Below, in pieces: positions 13,101-26,326 of a DNA stretch of 64,000 nucleotides (position 1 is the stretch's first letter; each line of letters starts with the position of its first letter). The stretch is from Schizochytrium sp. TIO01 (taxonomy: Eukaryota > Protista > Bigyra: Labyrinthulomycetes). The stretch is from positions 4,750,436 through 4,814,435 of the forward strand of contig SMSO01000031.1 in NCBI GenBank assembly GCA_004764695.1. Reading direction: 5' to 3'. The translations under genes were made by a program, and so were the position numbers. The notes below the pieces were generated by a model. That model searched no databases, was not told the origin of the DNA, and saw only the letters and a program-made list of their open reading frames with translations.

Positions 13101-15740
13101 TTTCTGATTATAAATAGATGTCCAGCCAACTAACGATTCCCATTAACTTGTTCTTTTGAAAATGATAAGCTGGGATTAGGTTCGTTGGATTCAGACTTTT
13201 TGAGGTGGCGTATAGTTTGTTATTCTTCTTCATCGTTATACCTTTTGCAACCTTGGAAAAGTGAAAGCACTTTAAACCCCCTTGGCTTACCTATCATAAC
13301 TCTAACCTAAGGATCTTTTTTGCTAGTTGTCAAACTTACACCTTTTCCTTCTTCTGATTCTTATTTTCATGGATCAATCCTATCGTACCTACGACTGCTA
13401 TACTTTAAAATTCTGACCCGGGAAGTTCGTAACGTCATAATAGAAGAAGATCATAATTGATCCTCCTAAAAGTTTTCTAAGTGTTTTTTGTTTTTGTTTT
13501 GTTTTGTTATTTTAATAAGAATTAAAAGTGCTCAATTTCAAAAGTAGGTAGGGACAGTTTTAAATTTTAAAATGTAATGAGTTCTCAATTAATTTAGATT
13601 AATTCAAAATAAAAGTATTATAATAAAGTAATAGATGGACATTTATTTCACCATAGGTACCTTCCATTTCCTTTTTTTTCTTCTCATTCCCTCCCCTTTA
13701 TAAACACTTTATTAAACAAATCGATTGATATGTGAAATAAATCGATCGAAGTCATAATAATGATAATATTTGTTTTCAACTCCCTTAAAATTTCCAAGCT
13801 AGGGGACGAAAAATGAATATGTGCTGTAAACTTTCATAGATAATTTTTTAATTTCAAAACCAAGAAATAATCGAAAATTGACGAACGACACTAATTGCTC
13901 TATCTTCTACTTTACTTCTTAGCGGTGGATTCTCCGTCATAGCACGTGTGCTTCGAGGCATTCTGCTGCTGCCTACGCTTGAACGCTTAGGCCTTTGCTG
14001 CTAATTATGTTCCAAGATGCTAGGACGGACGCTCGTGTTATGCCAAAGTAGGGCGGATCAGAGTTCACATGCACCGCCATCATCATGTTCCTTTACCAAC
14101 CAATTGATTACCGCGTCTTTTTCAATTGCGATGTTTCTTCCTTCTCCTATGAGGCGAAGAGAAAGTCTTTGATTTATCTACAATGCATTCCCTCACTCAC
14201 ACTCAATCACTCTCTCACTCACTCACCCACCCACCCACTACGCTGTCTGTCCATTTCCGTACAATAAAGCTCACTCTTTAAACTATCAAATCAGAAGAGT
14301 TTTGACGTCGAACTCGAAGAGCGCTCGATTCCTTTTCCACCGCTCCTGTAGAGTTAGTTGTATAATGACCAACCTACCTTGTAGTAGCGAAGCTGAGAGG
14401 AGTTCGCAGCAGATATATGTTTTGTATTCTTGGGTACTACAAGCTGTGCGCCTGTGACGGAATCGGCCCCGGAGAGTCACAGAGTACCACTGTGAAAGCT
14501 TGTATAGCTTTCAATTCGCAACAGTCATCACAGTCCTAGTTGGCAACGAATCAAGCACGGTGTCCCCTGGTTGGAAAATATGACGACTTGCAACAAGCGC
14601 CGGGCTCTACTCCAGCACGAAGTCCGTGCCTTCGCTAGTTTCCTAATTTCTCACTGTCCGCTGAGCTCCCAAAGCCCTCTCTCTGGAAACTAAAGAAGGT
14701 TTTACTTTAACATTTGTTTTGCTTTGCTTTGCTTGCTTGCTTGCTTTACATCAAAGTCGAAGAAACTATGAAAGATGAAGTGAGTGATTAATTATCTTCA
14801 AGCTCTTTGCGGAGAATTGCAAATTCACTTACTTTATCTAAACAGATAAACAGTAAATATTTTTAATGGAGGAAAAAGTAGATGAATAAAGAGACCAAGG
14901 GACCCTTCCCTTCTTCTTTTTGTTTTCAACAGTGACAGCAGCCCGCCCAATTTTTATTTTTTACTCTCTCTTTTAAAATAAAAATAGTATTTTAAAATAT
15001 TACTAATAGAAAATGAGAGAGAAAGATTAACATTTTCCTCAACAACAACATGTAAAGTCTGGCATGGCGGCCTGCCCCGTGCAGGCTTCCTGAGCGATAT
15101 GCGGGGTGGTGACGAGGCAGACACTGACCCTGGGTTCGAAGAAGTAGGCAGCATGCGTCCTTCAGAGTGGGTGCAGAACTGTCGCTGTTGAAAAAACAAA
15201 GTTAGCGCGTTCCCTCGTAGATCCATCCTGCGTTGCTTTCTTTCTTTCTTTCTTTCTTTTTTCAATTAGTTATTATTTTGAACGTATGTTTGGCAATTCG
15301 GGCACCCGCTTAGACTACCGGAAAATAAGAGCAGAAACTTATTTAATATCGCGAGAAGAATCTTTATAAAACTTCGTCTATTTTCTTTCTTTTCCGACTG
15401 AATAGCCTGAGCGCCGGTGTTTTAGATTACAGAGTTTGCGCGATAAAAGAGGCGAACTCAGTCCTTGCGTACCGTGAATGCTCAATCCTCGCGGGACCAT
15501 GAGAGAAACCTCCCGGAGCTTATATTTTCTCGAACAGCTGCTCCTCACGGCCTGTGTCCTCATTCCGTGGCTGCACCAGAAATTGGTTGGTACATTCACA
15601 TTCATTCATTGATCATTCATTTTGATTAATTGATTGAATTATTGATTGAATGGTCACTTGAAGCGTGTGTGAACGAAGAAATAACTTTCGATAAAAATGA
15701 ATCAATCACTCAGAACAATTACTAGAACTATTCCGATGCG

Positions 15741-16010
15741 AAGAAAGAAAGAAAGTAAAGTAAAGTAAAGTAAAGTAAAGTAAAATAAAGTAAAGTAAAC
15801 TAAAGTAAACTAAAGTAAACTAAAGTAAACTAAAGTAAACTAAACTAAACTAAACTAAACTAAACTAAACTAAACTAAACTAAACTAAACTAAACTAAAC
15901 TAAACTAAACTAAACTAAACTAAACTAAACTAAACTAAACTAAACTAAACTAAACTAAACTAAACTAAACTAAACTAAATAAAAGTAAATAAAAGTAAAT
16001 AAAAGTAAAA
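15741..16010. repeat. Compound pentanucleotide satellite (AAAGT)n-(AAAGTAAACT)n-(AAACT)n-(AAAAGTAAAT)n
   Basis: Directly visible ~270-bp array with ordered unit transitions. Confidence 0.95.
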
Positions 16011-17240
16011 AGAATGCTCACCGTAGGGGGACGCTTTCCAAGGCTCACGAGTCCCTTCGCAGGCCTGAAGTGGCTCCCGCTAAAAGCCGCCAATTTCCAC
16101 GAGGACAAACGAAATTTACCGAAAGACTCCTTACCGTCCGGCCGTCAACCAGCCGAGCTCAGCGCCCGCGAAGAAGCCGCTGGCCGTTGGCCTCTCCCAA
16201 GATTGGCCTCGCTCTGGAAAATGAATCACCACCATGCTGCGAGCACTTGCGTTCTAGCCCCAGCCTACCTACAGCTAGCAGTCAGTCCCTAGCGCTAACG
16301 GCATTAGAACAGAACGGCAGCCAACTAACCCAGTCTCTCCAGCAGAGAAGAACGGTACACACCTTATCTTACTACACTACAGAAGCACTTCTTCGCAGTG
16401 TAATTTGTACAAGGTGGAGAAGGCAACGAACGCCACAGAAGGACCACGGCGGAGGAGCCGCAAGAGCTTGAGCTCGCGGGTTTGACAGCTGCTCAGCCGG
16501 GCAGCCTGAGAGTCTGACAGCCTGAGAGTCTGGTGGTCCGATGGAGGGAGAGAGCGAGGAGTTCTTCGATTCTGCTGTGAGCAGAAGCTCGGTTCGGAGG
16601 AGGCGTGGAGTGCCGAATCAAAAGTTCGATCACAAGCCATACTCGTGCCCCTCACTGTAGCAGTAGTCGTAGTTCGATGAGTGAGTTCGGTGCTGAAGAT
16701 TGATTGATTGATTGATTGATTGATTCACTCATTCATTCATTTGATTTTAAATTGATTGATGGATTGATTGCCTTTCCAGTTCCACGTAAGAAAGTAAGTA
16801 AGTAAGTAAGTAGGGAGGGAGGTACGTACAGTGATACTCGGTTTGGTGACGATGATGATGGCGATCTTTATGAGGTGTTGAGGAGGACTGTTTGTGATGA
16901 AGGTTCGCGACCAGTCGCGATGTTTGAGGGCTGACCATGAGCAAGAAGAAGAAAGCTCGTTCGAAATCGGAGATGGACTCACGATGGTCGACAGCCAGCA
17001 GAAATTCGCGCCTTGACTCGTCGCGAAACAAAAAAACAACAACGTCGGTGAATAGCGAGTTTCTGCTTTTGATAGTTGGCAAAACACGAAGCCGAAATGT
17101 GGGGCTGTGAAAACACTGAGCTGAGAGAGCCTTCCTTTCTTCCTTCTATCTCTGTGCCTGAGTATGGTAGGTAGGGATAGGTACCACCTCTGTAGGGTAG
17201 GTAGGTCTGTCTACGCAAGTAGCTGTGTGAGAGAGAGAAG

Positions 17241-17410
17241 GAATATATGAATATATGAATAAATGAATAAATGAATAAATGAATAAATGAATATATGAAT
17301 ATATGAATAAATGAATAAATGAATATATGAATATATGAAAAAATGAATAAATGAATAAATGAATAAATGAATAAATGAATAAATGAATAAATGAATAAAT
17401 GAATAAATGA
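17241..17410. repeat. (ATGAATAA/ATGAATAT)n 8-bp microsatellite
   Basis: Directly visible. Confidence 0.93.
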
Positions 17411-18796
17411 ACGTGTCGTGTCATTCATGGAAAGCAAACTATTTCATGAGTTTATCGATTGATACACACGCAGATGATATCGGTGCCTTGGGATATGTAA
17501 TGCAAATTGTATATGGCAGAACTCGCCTGCTTGCTGTTTCGGCTTGAGAACGTCCACGATCCTCCTCCCGAAGAGAGATTGCGCTTGTGTCTCGAACTAG
17601 CTGTGAACGTGCTCCAAGGTAGAAGCAGCGGCCGAAGAGATCAAGTATCGAATCAAAGAGAAGAGTCCTGAACACAACAACAGAAGAGCGGCGACTCATT
17701 GAATAAATGAATGAATAAATGAGTAAATAAACGAAATAAACGAAATGAATAAATAAACGAAATTAATAAGGCTAGCAAAGGCCCGAGGAGCAAAGGGACG
17801 AACGGAAACTGTGGATTCCTCTCTTCCAGTTCGGCACTAATCTTTGATTTAGCTTCAGTCTAGCTTTGGTTTAGCATGCGCTTGTGAAGTCTCGGCTCCT
17901 CCGTTTTATGAGATGATTGATCTTTGGTTATAAATCATCGGTGTTGGGCCGGACTGCGGCTGATTGATTGATTGATCGATCGATGTGCTGGTCAATGCTT
18001 CTTAAGCGCGGGCAGAACAGAGAATTGTTGTTGCGCACTATAGACTTTCGTCCGCGTTGCCAGGTCCCCCAGGAGCGAACGGGACGGCTTGCCCCGGGCC
18101 AGGCATAGTGCAGGCATATTGCCACCTTCCACTCTGCGCGAGCGAGCGAGCGAGTGATTTGGTTTGTAGTCAATCAGAAGCAGCTCTTCTTCTTGCGCGA
18201 GGCCGGTCGCAGCGCAACCGCATAATTATAATTCTTCAAAAACAAACCAAACAAATAAACAATGGTTTTAACATACGAATTTTGCCAATAATAGATAATA
18301 ATGTGGCGCCATCCGTTTTATCAGTACGATTTTGAGAGGCTTAAACTAACGAACAAACGAATAAACAAACAAACGAATTGTTTTATAAAAAAGAAAGAGA
18401 TGGATGGATAGATGGATAGATAGATAGATAGATAGATAGAGCTTGGCCTGATTCGCCAAGCAATTTCAAGCAGCCCAAGGCTCATTGCCGTGTTGATTGC
18501 TTTCGCAATTTTTCAGAGGACGTGCAGTTCTTTCCCTTGTACGCGTCATGCCTTCGCTGCTGCTGTGTACGCCAGAATCGCCGGTCGGTGCGAAGCAAAC
18601 AAGCAAGCAAGCAAGCAAGCAATCTCCACACGCTCGCGGTGTCCACGGGTGCCCCGATTTGGCAACATTATGAGAGGAGGCCCAACGTAACCAACCCCCA
18701 AAACATCAAACAAAGCGAGTGGGCATCGAAGAGCTAAACTAAGCATCTGCTAAACAGTCCGGCGAACAACACTCAATAACACCTGAAAACAACAAA

Positions 18797-18797
18797 G

Positions 18798-18843
<46 letters not shown>
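18797..18843. repeat. (AATC)n microsatellite
   Basis: Directly visible. Confidence 0.9.
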
Positions 18844-18844
<1 letters not shown>

Positions 18845-19114
18845 TGCATACATACTTACGCAAACAGGTGAACTGCAATCGGAAGAGACAATGCATGCAA
18901 ACCACAGCTCAATCGAAGTTCAACTCGCGTTCCTTCATTTCCATCCTTCGACCAAACGCAGTTCAAGTGATGCATGAATCTAATTCATTATTATTTTATT
19001 CTTTTAGTTTTCTTTACAAAATGAACTAAATAAAGCAAATGAAGCGAAGAGAGGAACTCGAAGAGCTTTGTTTCTTGACCAAAGGTTTATTAGAGAGACA
19101 ATTAATCAATCAGA

Positions 19115-19164
19115 CAAACAAACAAACAAACAAACAAACAAACAAACAAACAAACAAACAAACA
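19115..19164. repeat. (AAAC)n microsatellite
   Basis: Directly visible. Confidence 0.9.
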
Positions 19165-19748
19165 GTCACACAGAGAGAGCGTCCGCTCAAGCGCTGGCCG
19201 GGAGGGCCCGAGCGGATATCCGCTCTGCTCTGCTCTGCTCTGCTCTGTGGCCCCACCTCACTCACCTGCGCCTGCCCATCCACCCGCCTGGCTTGCGCTC
19301 CACACCTCACGAGGCCCGGCTGCCGCGGCATTGAATTACAAGTTACGCGCAAGACGTCAATGCGATGCAATGCGATGCAATGCAATGAAAATGCGCTTCG
19401 TTTAATGAAAATGAATTCTTTCGCCCTCTCATAAACAGAGCCGCAGAAGGGAAGAAGAAGGAGAAGAAGAAGAAGAAGAAGAAGTTGCCACGCGCTACTT
19501 CAGAGAGGTAATAATGTTTTTGGTTAAAGAACTGCCTGCCTGACTGACTGCCTGCCCTCCTTTCCCTCTGTCCTTTCTCTTCGTTCGTATTGTGCTCGAT
19601 GGCGACTTCCTTCTTCTGTGCAATGAGCTCTGCGGTGGCTTCAGCCCACTCACTCACTCACTCATTCACGCACTCACGCACGCACTGACTTACTCGTTGC
19701 TTGCTTATTACTCGCTTGCTCGCAGCGAGGAGGGAGAGAATCGAGGAA

Positions 19749-19935
19749 TCATTCAATATCAATGTATCAATCAATCAATCAATCAATCAATATCAATGTA
19801 CCAATCAATCAATCAATATCAATGTACCAATCAATCCATGAATATGAATCAATCAATCAATATGAATCAATCAATCAATCAATATGAATCAATCAATGAA
19901 TGACTCAATGAATGTGAGTAAATCAATGAATGATC
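19749..19935. repeat. Degenerate (AATC)-based compound repeat
   Basis: AATC units interspersed with ATCAATGTA/ATATGA variants. Confidence 0.8.
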
Positions 19936-22224
19936 GAGTGTGTGCAATGCAATAAACTCTGGTCTCCTTCATTGATTGTTTGTTGATAGTCTCTCTTCTT
20001 CTTCTTCTTTCTTTCTTTCTTTCTTTCTTTCTGTTTGTTTGTTTGTTTCTTTCTTTCTTTCTATACATGTGTCCTTGGTTCTAAGACATGCGGGAAATCG
20101 GACGTTGCTTCGGCCCGACAGAAGGCAATTCGGCCCGAGGATTAGAACCAAGGTCGCGCGTACCACAGACAGATGGGAGGACCGGCGGCAAGAATGCAGG
20201 CGAAAGGGCGCCGGGGCCTGCGAAGAAACATCGCGGTGGGCCCTGGCTCGCTCTTGGAGGCGCTTGACCGCCTGCGGACACAGCGAATTTGCCAAATGGC
20301 GCCGCAGGGATCCGTGAAGAGGCAACAAAAGACAGTCAGTCCCTTTGTTAGTTACTTAGATAGATACTTCTTAGCTAGTTAGTTAGTTAATTAGTTAATT
20401 AGTTAGTTAATCAGTTAGTTAGTTATTAGCTATCTGTCTTAGCAGGAGAACCTAGCTATATGGTGCCCTACAGTCAGTCAGTAGGAGGGGTTCTTTCTTT
20501 TCTTCTCTCTTCTCTTTCTCTTTTGTCTTTTCTCTTTCTTATTCCTCTTTATTTTATTTTCTGTTTCTTATTTTATTTTCTTCTTCTCCTCACAACTTTG
20601 TTTGCTGATGAATGAGTTGCCTCAAATTTTGGCTTTTGCACAGTGAGTGAGTGAATATGTAAGGATATGCTTTGTTTTACTTTAAAGAGATAATGCCGCG
20701 ATAGATGAACCGTAATATGCGAGGGTTTCAAGGACGGAGTAGGTAAAGTATTGTGTTATTTATTTAGTGTCAGAACCACGTTAGAAGGAATAGACTCATT
20801 TTGCCTGCACTGCACAAACAGAACAGGCTATGCCGAATTTACTCTTTACGCTCCTCACAATAAATTAGCAAGCAGGTCTGGAAAGCTGCAGGTTACGCTT
20901 ATGGCATCGCGCCACTACAGGATGGTTCTTGGGGAATTTGCTCGATATTTAAAGGTCAGCTATCTCTCATGATGTATGGTGATGTACGGAGCTATTTAGA
21001 ACATGGTTTTCCCTATTGGAAAGTATTTCTTCTGTTCTTCTCCCACCAAAGCTTACTTACTCTCGGAATTATGACTAGACTGTATATATATGGGAAATAG
21101 GAAATAGGAAAACCTGAAATAAGTCCTTCGTGTTCTTTTCTTGTTCTCTCTTTCTTTGCATTTCGTTTCAATTCTTTTCAATTTCGTTTTTTCTCTCATT
21201 TTTTTTAAATAGTGTTGACTTTTTTTAATGTCACATAACCAACATTCTTTCTAGCTAAAAATAAATTAATAATAATAATAATAATAATACATTTTCCTTG
21301 CTTCCTTCTGTGATGAAATGATCTTATACAATAACCATAATAAAAGCAGATACTAGCAGTTAAAAAATTAAAAATTAAATTCTGCGGTAGCTATTACCAA
21401 GTAGTAAAATGTCGGGACTCTTGCAAAGTGTATCCTTGGCACTTTCGTCCCCGAGCCCCACAGTCCGTGTGTATCTATCGGGAATTGGCCGCGAAGAGGA
21501 AGATGCCAAATGGAAATAGGCGAATAGGAAGTTTCTCTCCCCGACATTAAAGCTATCATGCCCACACCTCTGAAGCTACCAGCTCTGGGAGTTCTTCCGT
21601 TTTCGTGCAAAATGGGAAAGCCAAAGCAGAGTCCACGTGTGGGGCGATTCCCTGGGCGGCGTCCTCCTCGCATATTATCGATCGCGAACAAACCTCCAAC
21701 GGCATCCACCCATCGCTGCCATGCTCCGCTGCCATGCCCTCCGCGTCTTCGCGCGAGAGGCGCCAGAAGATCGGTTTCTCCTCCCGCTATGAACATCCTC
21801 AGGCTGGCCACGTTGGCAGCCACGGCAGAGGGAGAGAGCTATAAGCTAGACATAATAGAGAAGAAACGCATGAAAGCAAAGTGATTGATAAATAAATGCA
21901 TAGATCAACGGTGAATGAAGGAATGGATGAAGGAATGAATGAATGAATGAATGAATGAGTGAACAAATAAATAATCAATAAATCAATAAAGATTGGGGAA
22001 GAATTGGGCAAGAAGAAGAGGCCGATTCTCTGGCGGCGGCTAATAACAGGAGTAAGGTGGAGGAGGAGCGAAGAAGCAAAAGAAGGAGGCTTGTTGTGGA
22101 CTTTTGGAGTCTTCACTCGCGATGGATGTATGGAATGCAAAAGAGTAGCAGGTTTGCGGATTTGGTCGCTGTATTTGGTTTCCAAGGACTGTACTTGTTG
22201 AACCATGGATGATAGGTTATCAGA

Positions 22225-22400
22225 TGACATCAGATGACATGACATGACATGACATGACTCATGGATTGAAACCATGAAACAATGAAGCAATGAAGCAATG
22301 AAATAATGAAACATGGAAACAAGGGAAACAAGGAAACATGGAAACAAGGAAACAGTGAAACAGTGAAACAATGGAACAATGATGGAACAATGGAACAATG
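22225..22400. repeat. Degenerate (GACAT)n followed by (GAAACAATG)-like 8-9-bp repeats
   Basis: Directly visible periodicity. Confidence 0.8.
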
Positions 22401-25400
22401 AAGTAAGGAGTGTAGTTACGTACGAGAGCACATTAGAATAGAGCGAAGAGAAACTGGCGAAGCAGAAGAAACATTCTCTGCTACAAATACTGTTTCTGCT
22501 TGTAGAAATTGTTGTTGAAATTGTTTAGCATCGAAATGCTCAGTGCTCAATGATCAATGCTTAAGAAACGAAAATATACCCAAGCGACTAAGGAAGCGAT
22601 GGGAGAAGTAGCCTTCGGAAAAGCGAAGTAATGGATGTGGCTGTTTAATTAATAAGTACAGCTGCTGCCGTGGGTTTCCCCTAGAGTTTTTTCCTAAGTA
22701 GCTAGACAGGCAGACAGCATGGCAGGCATCGTACCCAAATAAGCCACCAAGAAGGAGGAATCAGGCAAGCAGATGATAGAGCACCACTTCGCATCGCATC
22801 GCTTCGCTTCGCTTCGCATCGAAATGAAAGACGATGAATCGCTTGATATTTGATCATACGAGCTTTACTATTACTGCCACTTCTTTGCATATCATAAGAG
22901 CCAAGAACATAGTAATTTGCTATCTGTAAGTAATGAATGATATATTATGTAACGAAGAATGGAATGGAATGGAATGGAATGGAATATAGTACAAGCGGCG
23001 CGAGGAAACCCCTTTGCTGCCTGCAAAACGTGGCTAGCCGCAGCGAGACAAACACCGCGAGGCTTGCGCGGCAAGAGGCCTAGACGCGGATCAAAGTGCG
23101 GAAGAGCCCTGACTCCCTGCCCACTCGCGGTGGAGAAGGGCTTCCTGCGCGGCCGTGGATAATAATCGAAGAAAGGAAAGAGAAAAAGAAGATCACCCCA
23201 TCTAGCGCTCAAACGGGCCTTGCGGCCGCCTTGGACAGGCACGGAAAGAGCGCAGACGCACCTGGATAACGTGCCCAGCAGAAGAGGTCTACGGTCTTCA
23301 CGAGCGTCTTTAATCTTGCTCTCGCTGCGCTCTGTAGCGGCAGCAGCTGGCGCTCCTCTTCTCTCGCATTGAGTATCTCCCACGAGTGACTTGCCGCTTC
23401 CTCGCCTTCCTGCCGCTTCAGGACGAACTAAGCGGAGCTCGCTGCATGCCGATCAAAGGCCTCTTCTGGTGGTGAGGCCAGGCGACCTGGCGGGTAGCCT
23501 TGTGGACCAAACCGAGCAGCGGCAAGGTCCTTGTGAGCTTGAGCCACGTGCTGATCGATATCTCTTCTCTTCTCCTCGATAATTGACCAGATCAAACAAA
23601 AGAGAAAGAAAGAAACAAACAAACAAACAAACAACAAAATAAGAAAGAAAGGGAGTGAAGAAGTGAAGAAAAGGGAATACTTTTAAAAGAAAAGTTTTAA
23701 AAAGCGGGGGAACTCATCAGTCATCCACTTTACTATTTAAACCTTTCTTACTCACTTACCAACTTACTTTCTTACTTTTTATTTAAGGCGGAAAAAAAGA
23801 GAAAGAAAAAAAAAAAAACATAAAGAAAAGGGGAAATAGTCATTCCTTTTCTCGACTCTGTGTTTGTTTGTTTGTTTTATTCTCCTCTTTTATTCTCTAA
23901 TACCGAGGTGGCGACTTGTGATTAATCGATTGATATACATGGATTGATTGACTGATTGATTGATTGATTGTTGACTCACTCATTGACTCGCCCTCTCAAT
24001 CCGCCTGTAATTAACATTCAGTCAGGCCTCGGAGGCCGGGAAGCCGAGCGGACAGGTCCTGTGCCGGTAGTAGGCAAAGGAGAGAAGGAGAGGGCACTGT
24101 GTCGATCAGTCCTCTGTTCTACTCAGTGTAGTGTCAGACAAGCTCGGTGCTTTCTGACTGGCCATTCTCTTCCTTCCTTATCCTTCCTTTCTTACTTCTT
24201 TCTTTTCTCTCTCTTTCTCTCTTTCTCTTTCTTTCTTTCTAGTCGAATTCGTTCTTTTCGTTTTCGATTTCGATTTCGATTTCTCGAATTCGTTTGGAAA
24301 ATAATTCGGATTCACGCATTGCACTTTCTTTCGTTTCTTTTTCTTCTTCTTTTCTCTTCTTTTTCTCTTCTTCTTCCTTCCCAGGTTGGTTGAAACAAAG
24401 CGAGAGAAAGAAAGGAACTTCGGAGCGAGTTTTTCCAATCATCATCATCCATCACGAAGCGAGGAAGAAGAGGAGGAGGAGGAGGAAATACAAGGCAGGG
24501 GCAGGGAGAACAGGCCAGAGCTGCGCCCGAACCTCCTGTTAGGCCTGCTCAGGGAGGGAGGCAGAGGCAGACCGAAGGCCCGCACCCCTTCTCCCACAAC
24601 CGACCAGACGGCCTCGTTGTGTCAGGCTTCTCTTCTTCTCTTCTCTTCTCTTCTTTTTACTTTTCTCTTTCTTTTCTTTCTGTTTTATTTCTATCTCTCT
24701 CTCCCTCTCTCTCTGTGTAAAAAGTTCGACTGCTGTTGGCTTCTGGGGTCGAGTGAAAACATTATATATACATATATACGAACGACCGAAGAGAGAAAGA
24801 CGCTAAACGAAAACTAAAAGACTCGGCACATCCCTCCCAAACAAACAAACAAACAACAAACAAACAAACAAACAAAAAAGGAAAAAAGGAAAAAAGAAAA
24901 AAAAAAAAAAAGGGACGCAACCAACACAGGAGCAGAAACTTTCTCTTTCCTTTCCTTCCTCTCTCCTTGAATAATCGCCTTTTTCTTCTTTTCTAATTTA
25001 TTTATTTTTAGTTAAAAACAATAAAAAGAAAGAAAGAGAAAGAAAGAGAAAGAAAGAAAGAGAAAGAAAAAAGTCCTCGCTGAAGGACCAGGACACCTCC
25101 CCATCGTCCCCGCTGCGCTCCCGAGGTGTCTCAACGGCGCAGCAGAACCGCAATTGAGGAGTCGCGGAGACTTTCTCGTTGATAGATAGCGCCACTATAG
25201 AGCGAAGCAGAGCAGAGCACAAGCAGATCGAGATCGGCAACGCAGCGAAGGCGGCGAGCGGGAGGACGTAGCTGCGAGATTGATACCAGGGGGTCGCTTG
25301 GTTGCTTACTTGCTGGCGGCTCAGCAGCCAGCACGGCCGTGTGGACTGGAGGAGAGGAGACGTGAGCGAGTGAGCGAGCGTGGAGGGAGTGCTTACATAA

Positions 25401-26326
25401 TATAATATATATTATATATATTATATATATATTCGTGTAGAGCGGCCCTTGTTTTTAGTATTTCTTTGTGGAGCGATTGATTGAGCAGACTTAAATTGGT
25501 TGCGTTGGGTTGGCGCAAGAGAAGTGGAGAGGCGGAGGAGGCGGAGACACAGCTGAGCTGGAAGGACCTTGGCCTGGTGGCTTGGGCTGATTCCGTTTCG
25601 TTTCCTAGGGTCGCTTCCTTTGGTGCAGCGTTTTGATTGTTCATACCCTTTCAGTCAAAACCACTCACTCACTCACAGCTTTGGCTTTTGCTTTGGCTTT
25701 TGCTTTGGCTTTTGCTTTCGTTCATTTGTTTGTCTGTATTGCGTTCTCTTCTTTCGTTCTCCTTTTGTTTGCCCTCTCTTCTTTTTTAATTTGAAAGAAA
25801 ACAAAAATTAAAAAAGTTGTTTGTTTCCAAGGCGCCCTGCGCGTGTAGTAGAACAGCAATCAATAAACTTTGAAGGCGGAGGTCAGGAAGCAGCAGTAGA
25901 AGTCGAAGACGCTCGCAGCTGAGATCGACCGAGGAAGCTGACAGCTGCTGCTAGGGGAAGAGGCCACAAGCGAGGCATCGATAAACCAGCAGGAAGCAAA
26001 AAAGGCGCAGGTTATTTGCACGAAAAGTGGTTTCTTCGTTTAGGGCCGCTGTAGACTCCCAAAGCCCCAGGACTGTCAAAGAAGCAAAATACAGACATTT
26101 GCAGAGATTTAGCACCTGCACATCGTGTGGAAATTGTCAAAAGAGGATAGATACATCGAAACGCTCGCACGAAACGCCTCCGACGCATTGGCGCTCGCGC
26201 GGCATCTCGTGATTTCATCTAGGAAAACTGTATAATTTGCAGACTGACAAGACGCATCCATATTACCCCACCGCACCATACCTCGTCACATCAGAAGACC
26301 TCGAAGGTACAGCCTTCGTCGAGCTC

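Noticed and set aside
5-26218. Dozens of 60-210-aa ORFs in the first 26 kb
   Set aside because: They are mostly translations of microsatellites or low-complexity DNA (FLCFFVS, ANK, CMYV, SFIHLFIY), often with non-ATG starts, overlapping in several frames and without domains.
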